Shown here one piece after another: positions 10,380 through 25,800 of a stretch of DNA of 64,000 bases (within the stretch, counting starts at the first letter, position 1; each line of letters opens with the position of its first letter). Source of the DNA: Zygnema circumcarinatum SAG 698-1b. Lineage: Eukaryota; Plantae; Zygnematophyceae. The notes under the pieces are model-generated. The model saw only the letters and a list, made by a program, of their open reading frames with translations. It was not told the DNA's origin and did no database searches. The DNA is taken from positions 992,001 through 1,056,000 of the forward strand of contig CM074804.1 of assembly GCA_037447605.1 (NCBI GenBank). Reading direction: 5' to 3'. A program made the position numbers and the translations under genes.

Positions 10380-12424
10380 TCACCAGCTGCTTGGCCAGTT
10401 ATTTCCAGCGAGAGGCTTTTCTGCTTGAAGACCCATCACCTCCCGGATGCCCTCTACCACCTGCAGGGTGTTTTAGGGTGAGCTCATTGTTCACAAAAGA
10501 AATGTCATCTGCAATAGATGCAATAGAGGCAAGGATCCCAGTGGGCAATAGAAGGGGTCAGACAATACTTACTAGCTTGATCTGAGCCTTAATATCCGCA
10601 ATCTTGCTTGTGCAATCATCTGCTTGCCTGCAGAACATCCAAAATTGATGAAAAAGCAGGAGTAATGGTCAGAGACAGTGTAAGTAGGATACATCTATAC
10701 CACAAGACAGCTCACATTCTCCCATGCTGCAAAGTGTTTCTGCAATCTAGCAATTCTAATGGCATGCAGACGATGGCCATGCTTTGACAACAGTTGCAAT
10801 ATTCACTTCTGGCACGTGCTTCAGGTAGAATAGTCCCCATGCTCTCGTGTCTCGTACGATAGTTCTGGTTAAGTTTGCAAACTGACTTTCTAAGATGTTC
10901 CTCCTTCATCTTTATGAAATCAAGCGCCTCCAGTTGAGAGAATTCCACATGGAAGCCGAGTCCCACGTCAACAAACACATGTGAAGTGTCGGGCCTGTTC
11001 CGCTCACCATCTGCCGTGCCCACAGTAAGTCACCCATACCACACCACATTGAAGAGTATGCTTCTGTCACATCTGTAGATGTGAAAGAGGAACAGGGTCT
11101 GACTTCAGTCTATTTTATGCTCGTAGAATAATTTGCCAGACTATAAATCAGTTAAACCCATGAAAGCCTGCTAGTAGCTCTAAGCTATTTTTCTGCTGGG
11201 ATAGCCCCTTGGTCTGTTGGGCTCGCCATTAATTTCATCTATGAATCCCGAGAGAGTTCAGATAATTACTTACACATCTGCCTGAACAAATACTTCTGAT
11301 CCAAGGTTAACCATTGTGCGCAGGCGCATCATATTGTTATCTTTCAGCATGTGGATGCTCTTTGCCAAATCAAAGCTGAGCTCCATCGATACAGAATGAC
11401 GAGTCAAGGCACCGACCGAACAATCTGGACAAGTCTTTCTCTATATTCCCTCTCTTCCCCACAAATCTCTCTGCTCTCATCCCCCTCAAAGACAGGACCT
11501 GCTCTACTCATTTCCTTCCATTTCCGATCTACCAACTTCCCCCTCCCGGGGAAAGATAGCTCAACGTGGAATCGAAGGAACCGTTTCTTTGGCCACTTTC
11601 AGCACCGTCAGTGTATCATATTAATTGTATGTTCTGGAGAGGGGAAAATTCTAAAACAGCTTCAAACAAGCCAAAATGCTGGCAAATACTTTGTCAAATA
11701 CGCTTGCTCTAAGATGTTGAGGTGGAAAAGAAGTGATAACAGCAAATAAAAACATCTAACTACGATAACGAGAATCTATGCTTTCGGTAAATCAGCTGAA
11801 GTCCAGATATCAGGAGAATACCTGTAACTCGGACAAGGATACTAAATCTTCATCTGCTCTAAAATTTTGTTTCTGCACGCCGCGACAAGATACACCCCAA
11901 ACTGCCGTATCAGGTCAGAAGGCTTCACTTAATCTAGGAATGGTTCGACATGGAAAAAGAAGCAAAAAACTGCAAAGAAGGGCAATAGTGAACTTGCAAA
12001 GTAAGGCGATTTCACTGTACATATGCCAGCCGTACAAGGGGAAATTAAATATGGGCTCTTGCTAGAACATTAGCTCTAATTCAGTCTTGCTTTCAGTCCT
12101 GCCCTTGCCCCACAATAAAATGATTGGGCAATTGTTTACCGTTAGCTTTGTTTGCCAGAATCGCAATGCGCTAACTTGTTAGCTATTTCTGATAACGATC
12201 TCTGACAACGATCCTCGCGTAGCAGTCCCCAGATAGCAATTAAATTCTCATATTTTTAGGGGAAAAAAAGCACTAATCACAATAAAATATCACACCTGAA
12301 CACATTTGTCTCACCGCTCATTCATAAGATGCTGCAAGTCAATCTTTAGCCTCTCTTCCACGAAGCGCTCGTACTCTGCAATTTTCGCCTGCAGGCGTTC
12401 TTGCTGCAAATCATCCTCTTCCAT
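10380..12424 (-). CDS. UXT: Prefoldin alpha-like protein UXT, 6 exons, 161 aa
   Basis: Exons 12424-12315, 11872-11843, 11375-11274, 10994-10887, 10627-10573 and 10460-10380 join in frame with GT-AG boundaries. Product includes KIAEYERFVEERLKIDL, RTMVNLGSEVFVQADVPDTSHVFVDVGLGFHVEF and IADIKAQIKLVVEGIREVM, which are UXT-family motifs. Confidence 0.92.
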
Positions 12425-13809
12425 TTCCTCACCTCCCTTTTTAATCTGCAACAGTTCTGCAAGTGCTCCTAACAACAGACTACCCTATAACCCAACAATA
12501 TCCAGAAGAGTACCACTCCTTAGCATCTCATTTTCCTGAAATTCCTCGTGGTCCGCCTCCCAAGTACCTGGACTCTGACGAGACTCCCCCTTTCAGACGG
12601 TCACTAACAAAGCCTGATTTAGGGTTATAACATGTAATATTCCATACTCTCAAAAGGGCTATCGTATACTGAAGCCGCTTGACAATTTGTTTTCATCCCC
12701 TCCTGGACACCTGGAAACGTCGAGATGGAGTTTCGACGAGGCGGCTCCCGCAACGTTTAGTCTGCAGATTCAGAAATGCAACAGTTGTCTACAACTTCCT
12801 TTTTTTCGCGTTCGTGCATGCGAGCGAGGGAGTCTGGCGCATGGATACGAATGGGCATGCACGGACGCTCTGGAAATATGGCAGCAAGGTGTCTCTGAGC
12901 TGCTGCTATTTCTTCTGCAGTATTAGTATCTCAGATGGAGTGGAGAGCGTTTGAGTCTTTACAGTGGGAGGGTGGAGCAAGGGATACAGCATGCATGATT
13001 CCATGGATTTCGCGAACTGGAGCAAGGAACTTCCATACAGCATGGGGAAATGACGCTCCAATTTAAGATTGAGAGTGTGGGAAAAGCTGCGTCAAGGTTA
13101 GATGGAGAGAAGGATGAGCTTGACTTCTGTTTTTCCTGTTTCTTCTCCAACACCAGTTCACCTGTTGGAAGGAGCCTCAAGCGCTTCTAGAGAAGGTAAT
13201 GGTTTGTAGTAAATGGTGTCTGTGCGTGCAAAGTATGGATATTCTGACCTTCCTGATCTCGCTAGATTGTTTGCTATTATCAAGTATAGCGCAATGACAG
13301 ACAGTCAAGCTGCTTTAAAGTTGCAAGTTAATTTGGACATCACAGATGGAAGGGAAAAGGTTTTGTGATGTCCAAATGGAATTTTATCTGCAAATTGAGG
13401 TTATATTTTTTCTTATTAATACCACGCATGGCCCTACTTTTAGCAGAATGTTGCCTTTGCCAACCTTGGGAAGGCTGGCTCCAAGAAAAAGATCGTAAAA
13501 TTTAATGATAGTATCGTCATGATTATTTGGAAGTCGTAGGCTTGAAAGGACTAAGCAAGTTTACAAGGCAGCCGCCAAAAGCATGATCTTGTCCACACAA
13601 CTCCTCGAAGCTCGTTCAAGAATTTGGCATCAAAATGCCATGCTCGGATAGATAAGAATGCGTTTGAATGATGCTCCGCCATCCACTTTGCAATAATACT
13701 TGAATTTACGCTTCTGAATTTCTATTTTAAACGTATACAACGAGACCCATTGAGAATATAACTCGTTAATATTTAATCTCTTACGTACTTGTCTTTGTTA
13801 TGTAAGCAG

Positions 13810-16800
13810 GTGTGGTGAAAGTGCTGGTTGGAGCCCTGGCGGACAGTGCACGTGAAGTTCGTAACGCTGCAGCGGCTTCGCTCAAAGACCCATGCCTTGC
13901 CCGGGAGTAAGTCTCCTCCTGTCACAGAGTTTGCATGCTATTTTCTGAATTTTTTGTGGAACCGATTTAAGTCCAATCTGCACGCACTTAGTGGCCTGAT
14001 GCGAAAACATCAGCGCCTGACGTCCCTACACAATGGCAGCATCCTTGTGAAAGTTGACGGTCGGCACTGTCTTTGTATGAAAGGATCGGGATCTTACGGC
14101 AGAAGTGATCATCTTTGTGATTATATCTTATTTAATTCCACCAACTTATGGTATTGGGCTCAATCTTCAGATTACGAATGGTTTTCCCCTGCTATGGTGT
14201 AGTGTAGTTCATTTTGTGATGTACACATGCTTTTAGAGGAGTAGAAGCTCTGCTGTATTTTGAATGTACTTGCATTCTTTAGATCAAGTTGCATCCTTCA
14301 GCTGGTTTTTTCTTTGCTTGTTTACCTCATAGCTGCCGATAGAACCTCAGAACATGCTGTCATTAATGATTCGCCCTGGTAGGCCAGCAGATCCTGCGGC
14401 ATCTAACCTTCATCCTCACGTGTTGGCTGCAGGAATGCAATCGCAATATTAGAAGCATGCAGTATCAGCTTGCGAAGTGGCAAGAGGGTGAGCTTTTCTC
14501 GGCAGTTACCACTTGCCTCTTCTAATGTGACGTGCATTGTAAGGGTAGGAATTCCAAAACATTGTCAAATGGTATTCGATAGGAGTGGCAGCATCAAGCC
14601 CGAACAGTGAAACAGTAAATTTTGTGCAGGAAGCTCAGCAGACTGAGTTGCTCATGATTCAGAACTCGTTGCCATCTAAGCCATGAAGTAAACACAAGCC
14701 ATGATGTGCTTGACGTAGTTCATGATAGTATTTTCCTGGGTTGTTTCATCTATCCTTATGGCTCTTTTTTCTCAAGACATTGAATAATCATGTCACTTCA
14801 GATTAGATTATTTCAGATGAACAGAACTATATTACATTTCAAGTTTTTAGAAGATCAGCATAAACTTGCAAGGCTGACAGGAAGGAGCTGATTTTTTTAA
14901 TGTAAGCTTGTTATCTACATTGCACACATTACTTGCATGTATGCATCGTCAGACGTCCCCAATAACGTCGACTCTTTTAAAACGTTCATATCAAAAGGCA
15001 TCAATACCTTTGTACTTCAAAACAAGAAATCATGTCCTTTTGTAGGTTGGGATTACTTATGAAATATCTTCCCTTGTTTACAACATATGGTCCATTTTTT
15101 CCGCTTCCATTCCTTAAAAGGATTTTAGCAGCCCACATGATGTGGTGCGATTTATGTTTCCTCGAAATGAGACGACGAAGATAAGGAATCTGATCAGCTA
15201 ACATGGATGTGTTGATGGCTGCAGAGAGGGGGCCATAATCCATTGGTGCTGGAGGTTATGGCCACAACAGTGGAGCACATGGAGGAAAGCCAGCTTGACA
15301 GTAATTTGCTTCACAGACTAGCTAAGCAGGCAATTCTCGAGATGACATATCCGAAGGTATGGAACTGATCTTAACAAGGTTTTCGCCGTTGTTGTGATTA
15401 TAACACTGACTTAATCTTGTTTTTATTACAATGCTACAGATGGATATTTGGAAGGAGGACATGAATGGGTGACTTAAGTCAGGTTGCTGTTCTGTTGACT
15501 AGTATCCGTAGTTTTGTGAAAATCGCAGGACCTTGATTCAGATGGAATCATGGCGGCGACAAGCCTCTTGGTGGCGACTGGATTGCGTATGCCTGATGTG
15601 GTAAACTCCTTGTAGAACTTCTTTTCTTCATTTGTTCCTTTTTTCCGAAGGCTTTTAACTTCAACTGATGCTCTTTTTTTTGAACTGGCCTGCCATGTGA
15701 AGAACCTGCAAGGTATAATCGTTAGTCAGGGATTTCTCAGACTTAACTGTACCTGGGTATTATTTGGACAACATTGTGGCCTAACAAGTCATAGTTCATT
15801 CAAACTGTTTTTCTTTTCTTTGTGTATTTCTTATCATTGTTTTAGAGCAAGCATCTCCAAGGCCAGGACGCTGTTTTTCCTGGGACATAGGATTTAATCT
15901 TTAGCATGAGATGTTCACATTTGCTGTCCTATATACGCAGATGATGGAGGAAGCTTTCAGGCCTCCAACAGGCTCCTCAGTTCCTACAGCTGCTGTTGTG
16001 CGTGCGTTGGCGCAGTTTGCTGAACGAAATGGTAATCATAACTTAGCAGAGATTTTTACCAGTTTTTTATGTGGATCAAGCTGCTGATTCTGCTGATTCT
16101 ATCACCTCTACTACACTCTTTGTGATTAATCTTTATTATTGCAATGGTCTGTGGGAGCACACAGCGGTGGAGATGGTTCCACGCCTCAAAAAGGTTTTGT
16201 CTCGAGTGCTTCCTGTGCTGGGGAGTGTTTACGATGGCCATCGCTTCATATTTGCAGAAGGTATTTTGTGCTTCAATAATTCGTATGCAGTTAGGTCGTT
16301 GTCAGGCGTAACGAAATGCAGACCAAGACCTTAACCCACTTCAAGTCTAAGACCACATGAATCAGCAGTTCTGCTGTTGTTGTAATGGGTCTATCAGTAC
16401 TATGGCACACACTATGGCACACACTTGTGCCATAGTACTTTACAACAACAACAGAAATTTCATGTGCAAACTTTCACTCTGCGGGAACAATGTTCAATCC
16501 GTACATTTGCTTCGCCTTCAAGTCTCTGAACTAGATTAGCTTCTTGACATTCTTGGTTTGCTTGGAAGGAGCTGCTTCAGCCATGAGCAGTTGGTGTGAA
16601 GCGATCGTGCAATACCGAGCCAATACTGGAACAAGTCCGTTGGACAACGATATGAAGTGAGTCCAAATTACCAACGGCTCTGAAAGATGGTCCCTTTACG
16701 TGTTCATGACGCAATTCTGCGGATTTTATGTAACGGTCACTAAAGTTTAGCAATATTGTAGCCATGAGAAACCTGAGTCAGTTCATTGGCTGGTGATCTG

Positions 16801-19800
16801 CAAACAGACAAAAGATTTCCTCACAAACCCATAGGCTCTTTTCTAGCACTTGTTTCGTTGTCAGTTGAAATCTGTTCTAGGGACATTGAAGATAAAGTTC
16901 GAAGCTGCTCTTGCGATTTTGTTGAAACCATGGTAGCTTTTTTGTAGTTTTGACATTGACGAAAATATCGAGATTGGATGAAAAGTAGGCTTCAGTGTCT
17001 TTACATGCAAGTCGCCCAATGTAATGCAGGGGCTCAGTTAAGTTTATCATTATTGTTTTCCTGGTGTCCGGGCCATACAGAGCAGCTATCCATTCAGCAT
17101 TTGAGCTATTTTCAGGCCGGTGGTTAGCCACTCGGGACTCCAAGGTGCGTTTCTGCAACTCTGTTCTACCTTTATGTGGGTTGATTGGCAACTGCAAAAA
17201 ACATGCTTGGCAAGGTTAGATCCTCGCACCGATAGATGGCTGGGAGTCTAGGGCTGTTATTGTTGAAATCTCTTGCTACTAATGTCCTTCTGAGCCACAA
17301 TTAGAGACATGCATAATGCCATGTGAGTCGTTAATCTCAGTTGCGTAGTATCAGTACCTATGTTTCAGGAGTCCATGCCCTCTGTTTTCCAAATCTGTCA
17401 CATCATCTCTCGAGTGTAGGACAGCACTAGCTGTGTGCCTCGACTACTTGTTTGCTTGTGAGTGACAAACCGATCACGCTACTAATGATCAAGGCTATGC
17501 GTTTTAGGGTTGCAGGTGCGAATGGCAGTGGTGGAGGCTCTGGGCCGCATGGCAGGCCTCATACGACGAGTCCATTTGAAAGCTGCATTATCCAAGCTTT
17601 TGCCTTCTGTTCTTTCCTTGTACGGTTTGTTCCTCGTAGGATAAACATTCGTAGTTAAAGGCGGCATTACACTAGCTCTCATATGTACTCTTCAACCAGT
17701 GTGTTTCTCTTGCTATTCTTGTTGGTCGAGGTACCTACCCAAAAGCTGATGGTTTGTGTTGCTCTTGGTTTTTTCTGACACATGTCCCCACGTTCTTTGG
17801 GAGATTTGAAAAGTGTATGCTTTGACACTCGATGCCTTTTTGGGTAATGGTGACGAGGTGCTATTGATCACAGTTTTCCTGTTATCTGGATGGATCAGGA
17901 AATGTTCTTGTATCAGATTCCACACTATACCAATCTTTTCCATAAACACATGCACTTTTTACAAGACAACATCTGTGACACTTTCTATCAGGTTAATCAG
18001 CATTTGTGTGTTGAAGGAGATGTTTCCTTAAACATGCCTTAAAACTGTTTAAGCGTTCAAGCGTTTTACTTAGGGTTGGTGCACAACTGGAGGCCGTGCA
18101 GATATCGCAAGGAAACTCAAGAGCATTATGGGATCTCACATGGTCTAAGAGCCATTCTGGAGGCTTGCTTGGGGAAAGATAATGGCCCTCCTTTGGTGGA
18201 CTTTCAGGTATCAACTTCCTTATTCCTCGGCCTCATCTGAACTTTGTACTTTGTAATTGAGGTGAACCTTGATGTATTGAGATTGAATGGTGAAGATGAT
18301 GTCGAGAATTATGTTAAGTTTTGAGAGGTAACTTTGCGTTTCATGAAGCTTACCTTGAACAAGAGTCATCAGCAATTTTATTCATACTGCATACAGACCT
18401 CGGACAACACATACAAACAGACAAAAAATTGTCTGGTACAACTTTGATTCTAATATCAAGAAGTGCATACTAATCATCACGATTGCTTAACATTGAGAAA
18501 GATGACTTTCATTGCGTTTTTTGCTTTGAACATCGACTACGCAAATGGCCATTGGACTTTGACTTGACCCAACTATTCCTCTTTACCGACTACGAAACTG
18601 AGTTCCGAGCGAATTTCTTGATTTTTGCTCTTATTTTGATTTACAGCAGCTGATACACACCAATACTCTCTAGTCATGTCTGAAGTGAACACTCAGCACA
18701 AAGGTTCGGAATTGAGAGGATTAACAAAGCATGAACTTTCTGAAGTTTTTTCTCTGGGCATGAGCTCCTCGGGCAAATCATGTGGATAGGGAAACAAATG
18801 TTGGGAAGCCATTTAGGTTGCTTTGCTACAGTCTTTGTGTGGAAGTGAAGCGACCTTTTGGTGTTTATTGTTTGACAGGCGATAGTCCTTGTGCTTACTG
18901 CACTGCTGCCTAAGGCCGGAGTCTTTCCCAGCAAAGATTCCCCAACAGACCCAAATTCTGCATTGAAGGTACTGACTGTTGCATGAATGTCGAGCTTGAA
19001 GAAGGGTTATGCTTTCAACATCTTCTTTTGAACACATCAACGCTTGCAAACAAACTGCATGAAGTTGACACGTCCTTGGTTTCTCAGAAGGTTGAGATTT
19101 CTGGTGTTACTGATGTGATATTTCTGCATTATAGTCTTGCAGCTGTAGTTGTTAGGGAGTTGTCTGCTGTATTGCAGGGCTGCCCTAGGAATGTGCGAGA
19201 AATCTTCACAATTGTGCACGGTGTTGCAGGGAGAGGGCTTTTCTCACTCCTTCTCTGTGTCTATTTGTGCGCAAATATGTCCTGCTTCTGCTTGTGATCG
19301 GGATATGTGCAAGCTCGTCATTTTGCCAGTAGTGGTATCGCCAGTGCGACTGATCTGAAAGATTACTTCTGCATTATTTTGTGGCGATCTTTGTTGAAAT
19401 ATTGGTGAACAGGAGCAGCTGTATGTGTTCATACCTGAAGCTGCATTGCCCTGATTGTAGTCTTATTACTTGGTGTGCAGAACTCTAATGAAGTGCTCGG
19501 ATGCTTTGGAGTCGTTGGAGCGACATACCCCGACGATATTTGCTCCTTTCTTGTCAATGTAACATACTGATAATTTGCCCTTCAGTAAATCCTTTGAGAA
19601 GGTGTACAGCTTTTTTTATCAGATTTGACTGAATTATTTATCTTCCAGAATGTATGCACCAATTTGCGGTGAATCTGCTTCTCCAATCCCCACTTACGAT
19701 GCCAGTACTGCTACTTGAGGACTCTTCATTTTTGCCCGAAATGCATTTGTAGAAGTTCAATAAATTGAAGTTTGAATGCATCTCTGATTAGGTGTATGGT

Positions 19801-22800
19801 CTGTTTACATGCATTCCAGAGGATAGGGCACAGAGATGAGCAAATGCGCATGGGAGTATATGCAGCGCTGCGATATCTTATATTTTGGTGAGTCATTCAT
19901 TTCGTTGGAGGTACAAGGTCCTAAAGTAGTGATCTCTTTCGTAAACCTTTGAAACCTCTGTAGGACAAGCTTATTTCCAGAAGAATGCATGGATGTAGAC
20001 TGATTGAAATTTGCATTAGCACTCACTAATTTGAAGCTTACAATATGGTCATTTATAGATCATGTCATGCAACTCGGTTGATGCAGAAGTAGATGCATAT
20101 CTGGCCATTTATACGACTGTCTATGTGTGATGCAATTACAATGAAAAGGATGACGTTTTTTGGATATTTTCTCCAATTCTAAAGTACAAGGTATTTGTAG
20201 AAGTGTCTAAGTGTCCAGCAATGGAACGATAAACAAACCTCAAACTCAACAGGCAGATCCGCGATAATGGGATATTGAGTTCCTCATTTCCTCCCAAGAG
20301 GCAACCGTTCTTGGGGTTCGTTCCTTCCTTACTTCCTTTCTTTCTTCGGCTTTTGGCAACAGTTTATATGGACGCTTTGGAACTGTATGCAGGTTGGGAA
20401 CTGCATGGGAAAGGAAAAAGCATGCTGTGGTCGATGCCGTGAAGAGCGCTTTGCATGAAGAGAATTTGAACCTTCGAAAGGCTCTTGCACAGGTGAGCTG
20501 CTTCCTACTCAACCCTCTTCATTCACTGACTTGCCAGAAAAATGGAAGCATCTCAACTTGTGTGTTCTTCGTTTGTTACAAGTCAATGTGCTTGCGATCT
20601 TGCTTGTTCAACAACTCAATCAAGCCCACTGCACCCTTAATGATCATCAAAGTTCAGATCCGGTGACGCACTGTTTCATGTAGTTGGCTTATCTTTGAAG
20701 CCCCTGGAGGTTAAGTATTTCTTTTACATATAGCAAACCTTATCTGTCAAGTGACTCGAGGGGTCGATGACTTATATCATGCGAGCATGATGTTACCATT
20801 GTCGAACAGAATGTAACGCATCGTAATTTTCTCTATCTATACTGGCGTTGTGAGTTCAAAGTGAAGCTATGGTCGTCACTCTCAGAATGCATTTTGGTGA
20901 GAGTGAAGATGTTTTATAAGCAGTTCTCGTGTTGCTTTGATTGCGCTGTTCAACTGAGAATCATGTGCTTGGGCAGGTGATCGTTGCCATGGCCAGTAAC
21001 GGCTATTTGGAGGAAGATAACGCAGAGCCATTCATTAAATTTTTGATTTGGCAATGCCGATATCGTGAGAATAATTTTTTACAACACAATCGCCCGGGCT
21101 TGTCCTTGCCTGCCGATGGACGACCTGTACGGCTTGGAGACAAGGATCAGGTGCCAAACAATCTTCCTTTGAAAAAGATTTTTTTGTTTGACAAAGGTCG
21201 AATGCTCAATGCTTAGCCATGCTGAGTCTGAACAATATTTATCATGGTAAACGCTGATTCTTGCAAGAGGATTTGCCGTTACAGCCACGACCTAGCAGAT
21301 AACATTGCATGAATGTTGATACTGAACCGCCAACCATTGGGGCTATGAAGTGACAACAGTTGAAGGTGGGAGCAACAACCATAGAGGAGATTTTTGCGGT
21401 GTGCAACAAGAGCTTGTTGCTCGTTGCAACCACTCTTCCAGGCCTTCAGGTGCTTTCATATGCTTGACTTCTGGGATGAAGCCGAAGTACAGAATAAAGC
21501 AATAAGCAGAATAAGCAGAATATGAGCACTGTTGTGACACTTTGTCGATGTAAATGTTTTCTGAAACTGTGGGATCTAGGAATACAACTGATTTGGTGCT
21601 GGGCACATACGTGTCTGACACAGTCCTATGGGGCCTTGTTTCACCTGACAACCTCAAAGTTCTGCATTCTTGTATCCTCCTTAGAGTGGAGAAGCTCCCC
21701 TTTTCTTTCGCTGGGAACGTATGCCGAACTAATGGTTGATTACTTCACTATTGGCTCGTCAAATCCTGACCTTCTTAGCAGCCCTTAGTCAGGATATTGA
21801 CTCATCCATGTACGGCGGCAGACTATCCTTCCTTCACCTGCAGTTTTACGCTGAGATTAGTTTCTGTCTGACGTTGCTGCAGCTGCTTGCCATGGCGGGA
21901 ACAGCGTTTATTATGGCCTGTGTTTCTCAAGCAGCTCATGCCTCGTCCGTACACGGGAGCGGTTGCCACTGTGAGTCTAAAAATTTCCCTCCTATGTCCT
22001 GGACTTGACCAAAATTCGAGCTGCTGAAAACTTAGTCGACAAGGCTTCTGACTCAGAGGCATCTTAACTTCTAAATCCCTCTCACAAAGCCCCCACTCCC
22101 GTCTTGAAAGTTCGGGCTGCAAACTTTAGGTATGGTGGGTCCAAAACAATTCGTATCATATATATTTTTTTCTTTGCGATTGTGTTTTGAATGCATGGAA
22201 GCAAGTATCACAGAAGGGAATAGCCTGGAAAAGGGAAATTTAGCTGTTGATGCTGTCATTGGGTGTCATTGGTGTGCAGAGCTTTTCTGCTAAGTTACAG
22301 GTCTGCTAGACGCTGACGTATTGCTAAGTAAGGTTTTTTCAAGTTGGCTTTTGGCAAGCAGATATGTAAATGCATTACAGTGCTTGCAAAGCATCAACAG
22401 CAAGACGCATCACTGCCCTTGTCTCCAGAACAGTGTCCTCAGCCGCAGGTGAGCAAAGAGGCCTGCATGTTCAATCGGACTGGACCCATTCATTTGTGCG
22501 AATTCAGCTTTCCTTCTATTGGTGATATAGTTTTGCAGGTATGTGTTTGGTGTGTGTTTTCAATCAATTGTGCAGGTGCTACTTGTGCGATTATTGGTCC
22601 TCCTCCAAAACAACAAAGCCCCGCATAGAAGGGCTCGTCACATATTGGAGGTCAGCCTTTATTCTTTTTTGTTTTGTTTTCTCGGTGCACTACGGATATA
22701 TGGTTGTAACCTTCGAGCAGCATAGAATCAAGAAGCTACGAGGAACTGCTGTAAAAGTGAACTCGTTGCATGCGGGTTGCATGTGAAGAGTAAGTGTATT

Positions 22801-25800
22801 GCACATTCTGTTTTTTTAATCCCATGTTTGAACCCTACAAGTGGCAAGATCATGTCTGGCCATGTATATGTTCTGAGGGATGGAGGGGGTATGGATGCTG
22901 TAGGTGCTCCGATTATTGGGGCTTTTTTTCCGTCAAGGAAATTCCGTTTGGAACCGACAGGTCAGTTAGCTTTTGCACCGCCCCTGTAGGCAAGTTATCA
23001 CTCTTGTCAAAAAATAGAATTTCCACTACTCTCCTCCGACCAGATTACAGAAATTCTATTCTTGTCATCAGCCAGGTGTCACTTGAGGGCTGTGGGCAGC
23101 CATCTTGAAGGATGCAATTATCGCAATATCGGATAAATCATCGTTTTTTGTTATTATTAAGATGTTTTTTAGAGTCTATCATGAAAGTAGTGGGGTTTTC
23201 CAGTTGCTTTTCTGCTCGTCTAGAGTTACTTTCATCATCCTGCAGGTTTTTTCTCCCAAGCTGCTGTCTTTAAAGGTTCCCGACCAAGGAAAGTTGGATT
23301 GGGAAACTAGAGGAAGATTCCCGTCAGTTCTCTGTAGCGGAAAGTTCGGAAAGCAGTAGAAAGAATCTCAAGCAAGCCATAATTTTCTATTTTTTCTCAG
23401 ACAATCCCCTCAAACTTATACCCCATATGCCGCTTTACTTGGGTTTGCTTTTGACTACAGATTTCAAAAATGGTGGCTTGTTTGAATGAAGAAGCACATC
23501 GAGTGATGCCATTGGATACGGGCCAAACAGTCTGGGAGAGTATGATTATGGAGGTAAGCAATAGACCCGTACTTCTTGCATCCACATATACGGAAAACAG
23601 ACACTTTTTGCTCGCTTTTGCTTTTTAATTTTCCGTCGCTTTTGACAACTGAAAATGCTTCATCTTCAGCTCGATGCACAGACTGCTTAAATTTATGGAA
23701 TTATTGATTTATGTGGTGCAGCTGCTCTCTATATCACTGGATGAGATTGGCACTGAGGCATGGGCAATGGCTATGGCCAATGCCATGGCTGCTCAATATG
23801 ACCTTTACCAAGGAGACCATCCTCACACCTCAATGCTCCACAGGTCTGCTCCGTTTGCTTGTTTTCTTTTTGTTTCATAAACTATGCTAAGAATCTGCAC
23901 ATACACGCTTGTGGAAGCCCTCATCTCGTGGGTTAGGGCAGTTGTGTGCCTATGTGTGATGTGAACATTCAGAAATTAGCGCTTCATCTTTATCCCGGAC
24001 ATTGCATTGTGTAGCAGACTGTGATCAACCCTTCAAGGATTTAAAGCGATTTTGAAAGACTTTGCCACGGTTTAGCTGTAGCGATAATAACTAAAGAAAG
24101 GAAATAAAGAGCTGCTTGTCTGAAGGTTTTTTAATTATGAGCACAACAGATTTTGCTGAGAAAGAGGCCCTTTATGTGGTCTGAGTTGAAGGAGAAGCTG
24201 GCGGAGATGCAGTGCATACTTGTCTTTAGTCAGTGGCTTAGCCACGGAACAATTTTTTGTTTGTTATAAGCGTGTTGAGAAAGGAAGCAGTTTCTCTTGA
24301 ATGTGGGAATGGCAATTGGTAGTGTGTAGTTGCATTTGATGGAGCTAACAACCACTTGTTTCTGTCATTTTGTGTTGCAGATGCTTTGCCCTTGCTGTAC
24401 AGAAATCCAATGACAAAGCTTATGTGAGAGACAAAATAAATGTAATGTATCGAAGAGCCGACATTGCTGTGGAGTTGAATCGGCACGGGCTTGGCATGGG
24501 CATGGGTCTGGTATGTGCACTTTCTAGACTTTGTAGCCCACAAAAAGGCAGGGCAGAAGCTGTTAGGAGAAGAGGAAATAGGTTGGAATTTGGCCTTTTA
24601 TTGTAAATAATTTTCGGTTTGCTCCTTCCGCATAGGCTCTCAAGTGACTGGAGATGTGTTACTTGGGTGCATGCTGTTTATCGCTTCTTTATTGGAATGA
24701 TTGACGCATTAGTACATGGAATATACCACAAGTGAAGGATTTTTTATGGCACATGAATGAACACAAGTGATGAGATTTGAAGCTGGGCTGGTCCAGGTGG
24801 CAGCACGCCATTTGGATACTGTGCTGACAAAGCTGCACAAGGTGCTCGAGACTGAAGGCAGATCATGGCTGCGATGGTCAGTACTCTTTTCTGTTTACGT
24901 TTGTTTATGTGTTGAAATCTTATTCAAAGAACCAAATCCAAGGTCATAAACAATGCCATTCATATGGTTGCAAATTACAGAAAGGAATCTATCTATTATG
25001 ATTCTAACTTTAGTCTGGCCCTGTTGTTGATTGTTTTACAAACTTTTCGCCATCTTATGCATTTTAGACTCCTCCCATGCCTCACAAAATGATTCTCTAA
25101 TGCCCAATGTTCTATCTTGCAAAGCACTCGATTCTCCTGCATAAAGAGTGTGAATGGCTACTGATGACATCCAACATGTTTGGGGCATTTTTCAAGTGCA
25201 AAACCAGATAACTGGGCATATCTATGTGGAGAACAGAAACCATATTCTTCCTTCTTACTTCTGTTTAGGCAGGAGATGTTCACCCTCTATCACCATACTG
25301 CCTGGGTTCGCAGGATTGTGCTTTACTTCGAAAAGAGCAAACAGCCAAGTGCTGATGATGTCTGTGCTGCATTAGCTCTCATGTACGGATATGTGGCTGC
25401 ATACGCTCCCTCCAACGTCATTGAGGCGCGTATTGAGACTCTCGTTGTAAGTGTTTCTTCATCCAAAAGAAGTGGGGAAAGGAGGGAGGGAGGGAGAGAG
25501 AGGGAGAAAGACACAGGGAAAGGAGGAGTCTTGATGTATTTGGAAGCGATGGGATCACAACATTGTGATCATCCGTAAAAAATAGAGTTTTGAGCCCAAG
25601 CTATTGTTGCTTTTGTGTAGGGCACAAATGTTCTCACCCATCTCATTGATGTGCGGACTTCATCAGCTAAGCAAGCCGTTATCACTGCTATCACCCTTCT
25701 TGGTATAGTGCTCTTATAGAACTTGGGATTGTGAACTGTAAGCTGTTCGAGCTAGTTACCAAAAGACAGGCCTGCCAATTATGTTCAGTTTGACTATGAA

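Noticed and set aside
16405-16435. Short tandem duplications in introns (ACTATGGCACAC x2; similar at ~21500, ~22250, ~34520)
   Set aside because: Ordinary slippage duplications with no regular spacer structure; not CRISPR-like.
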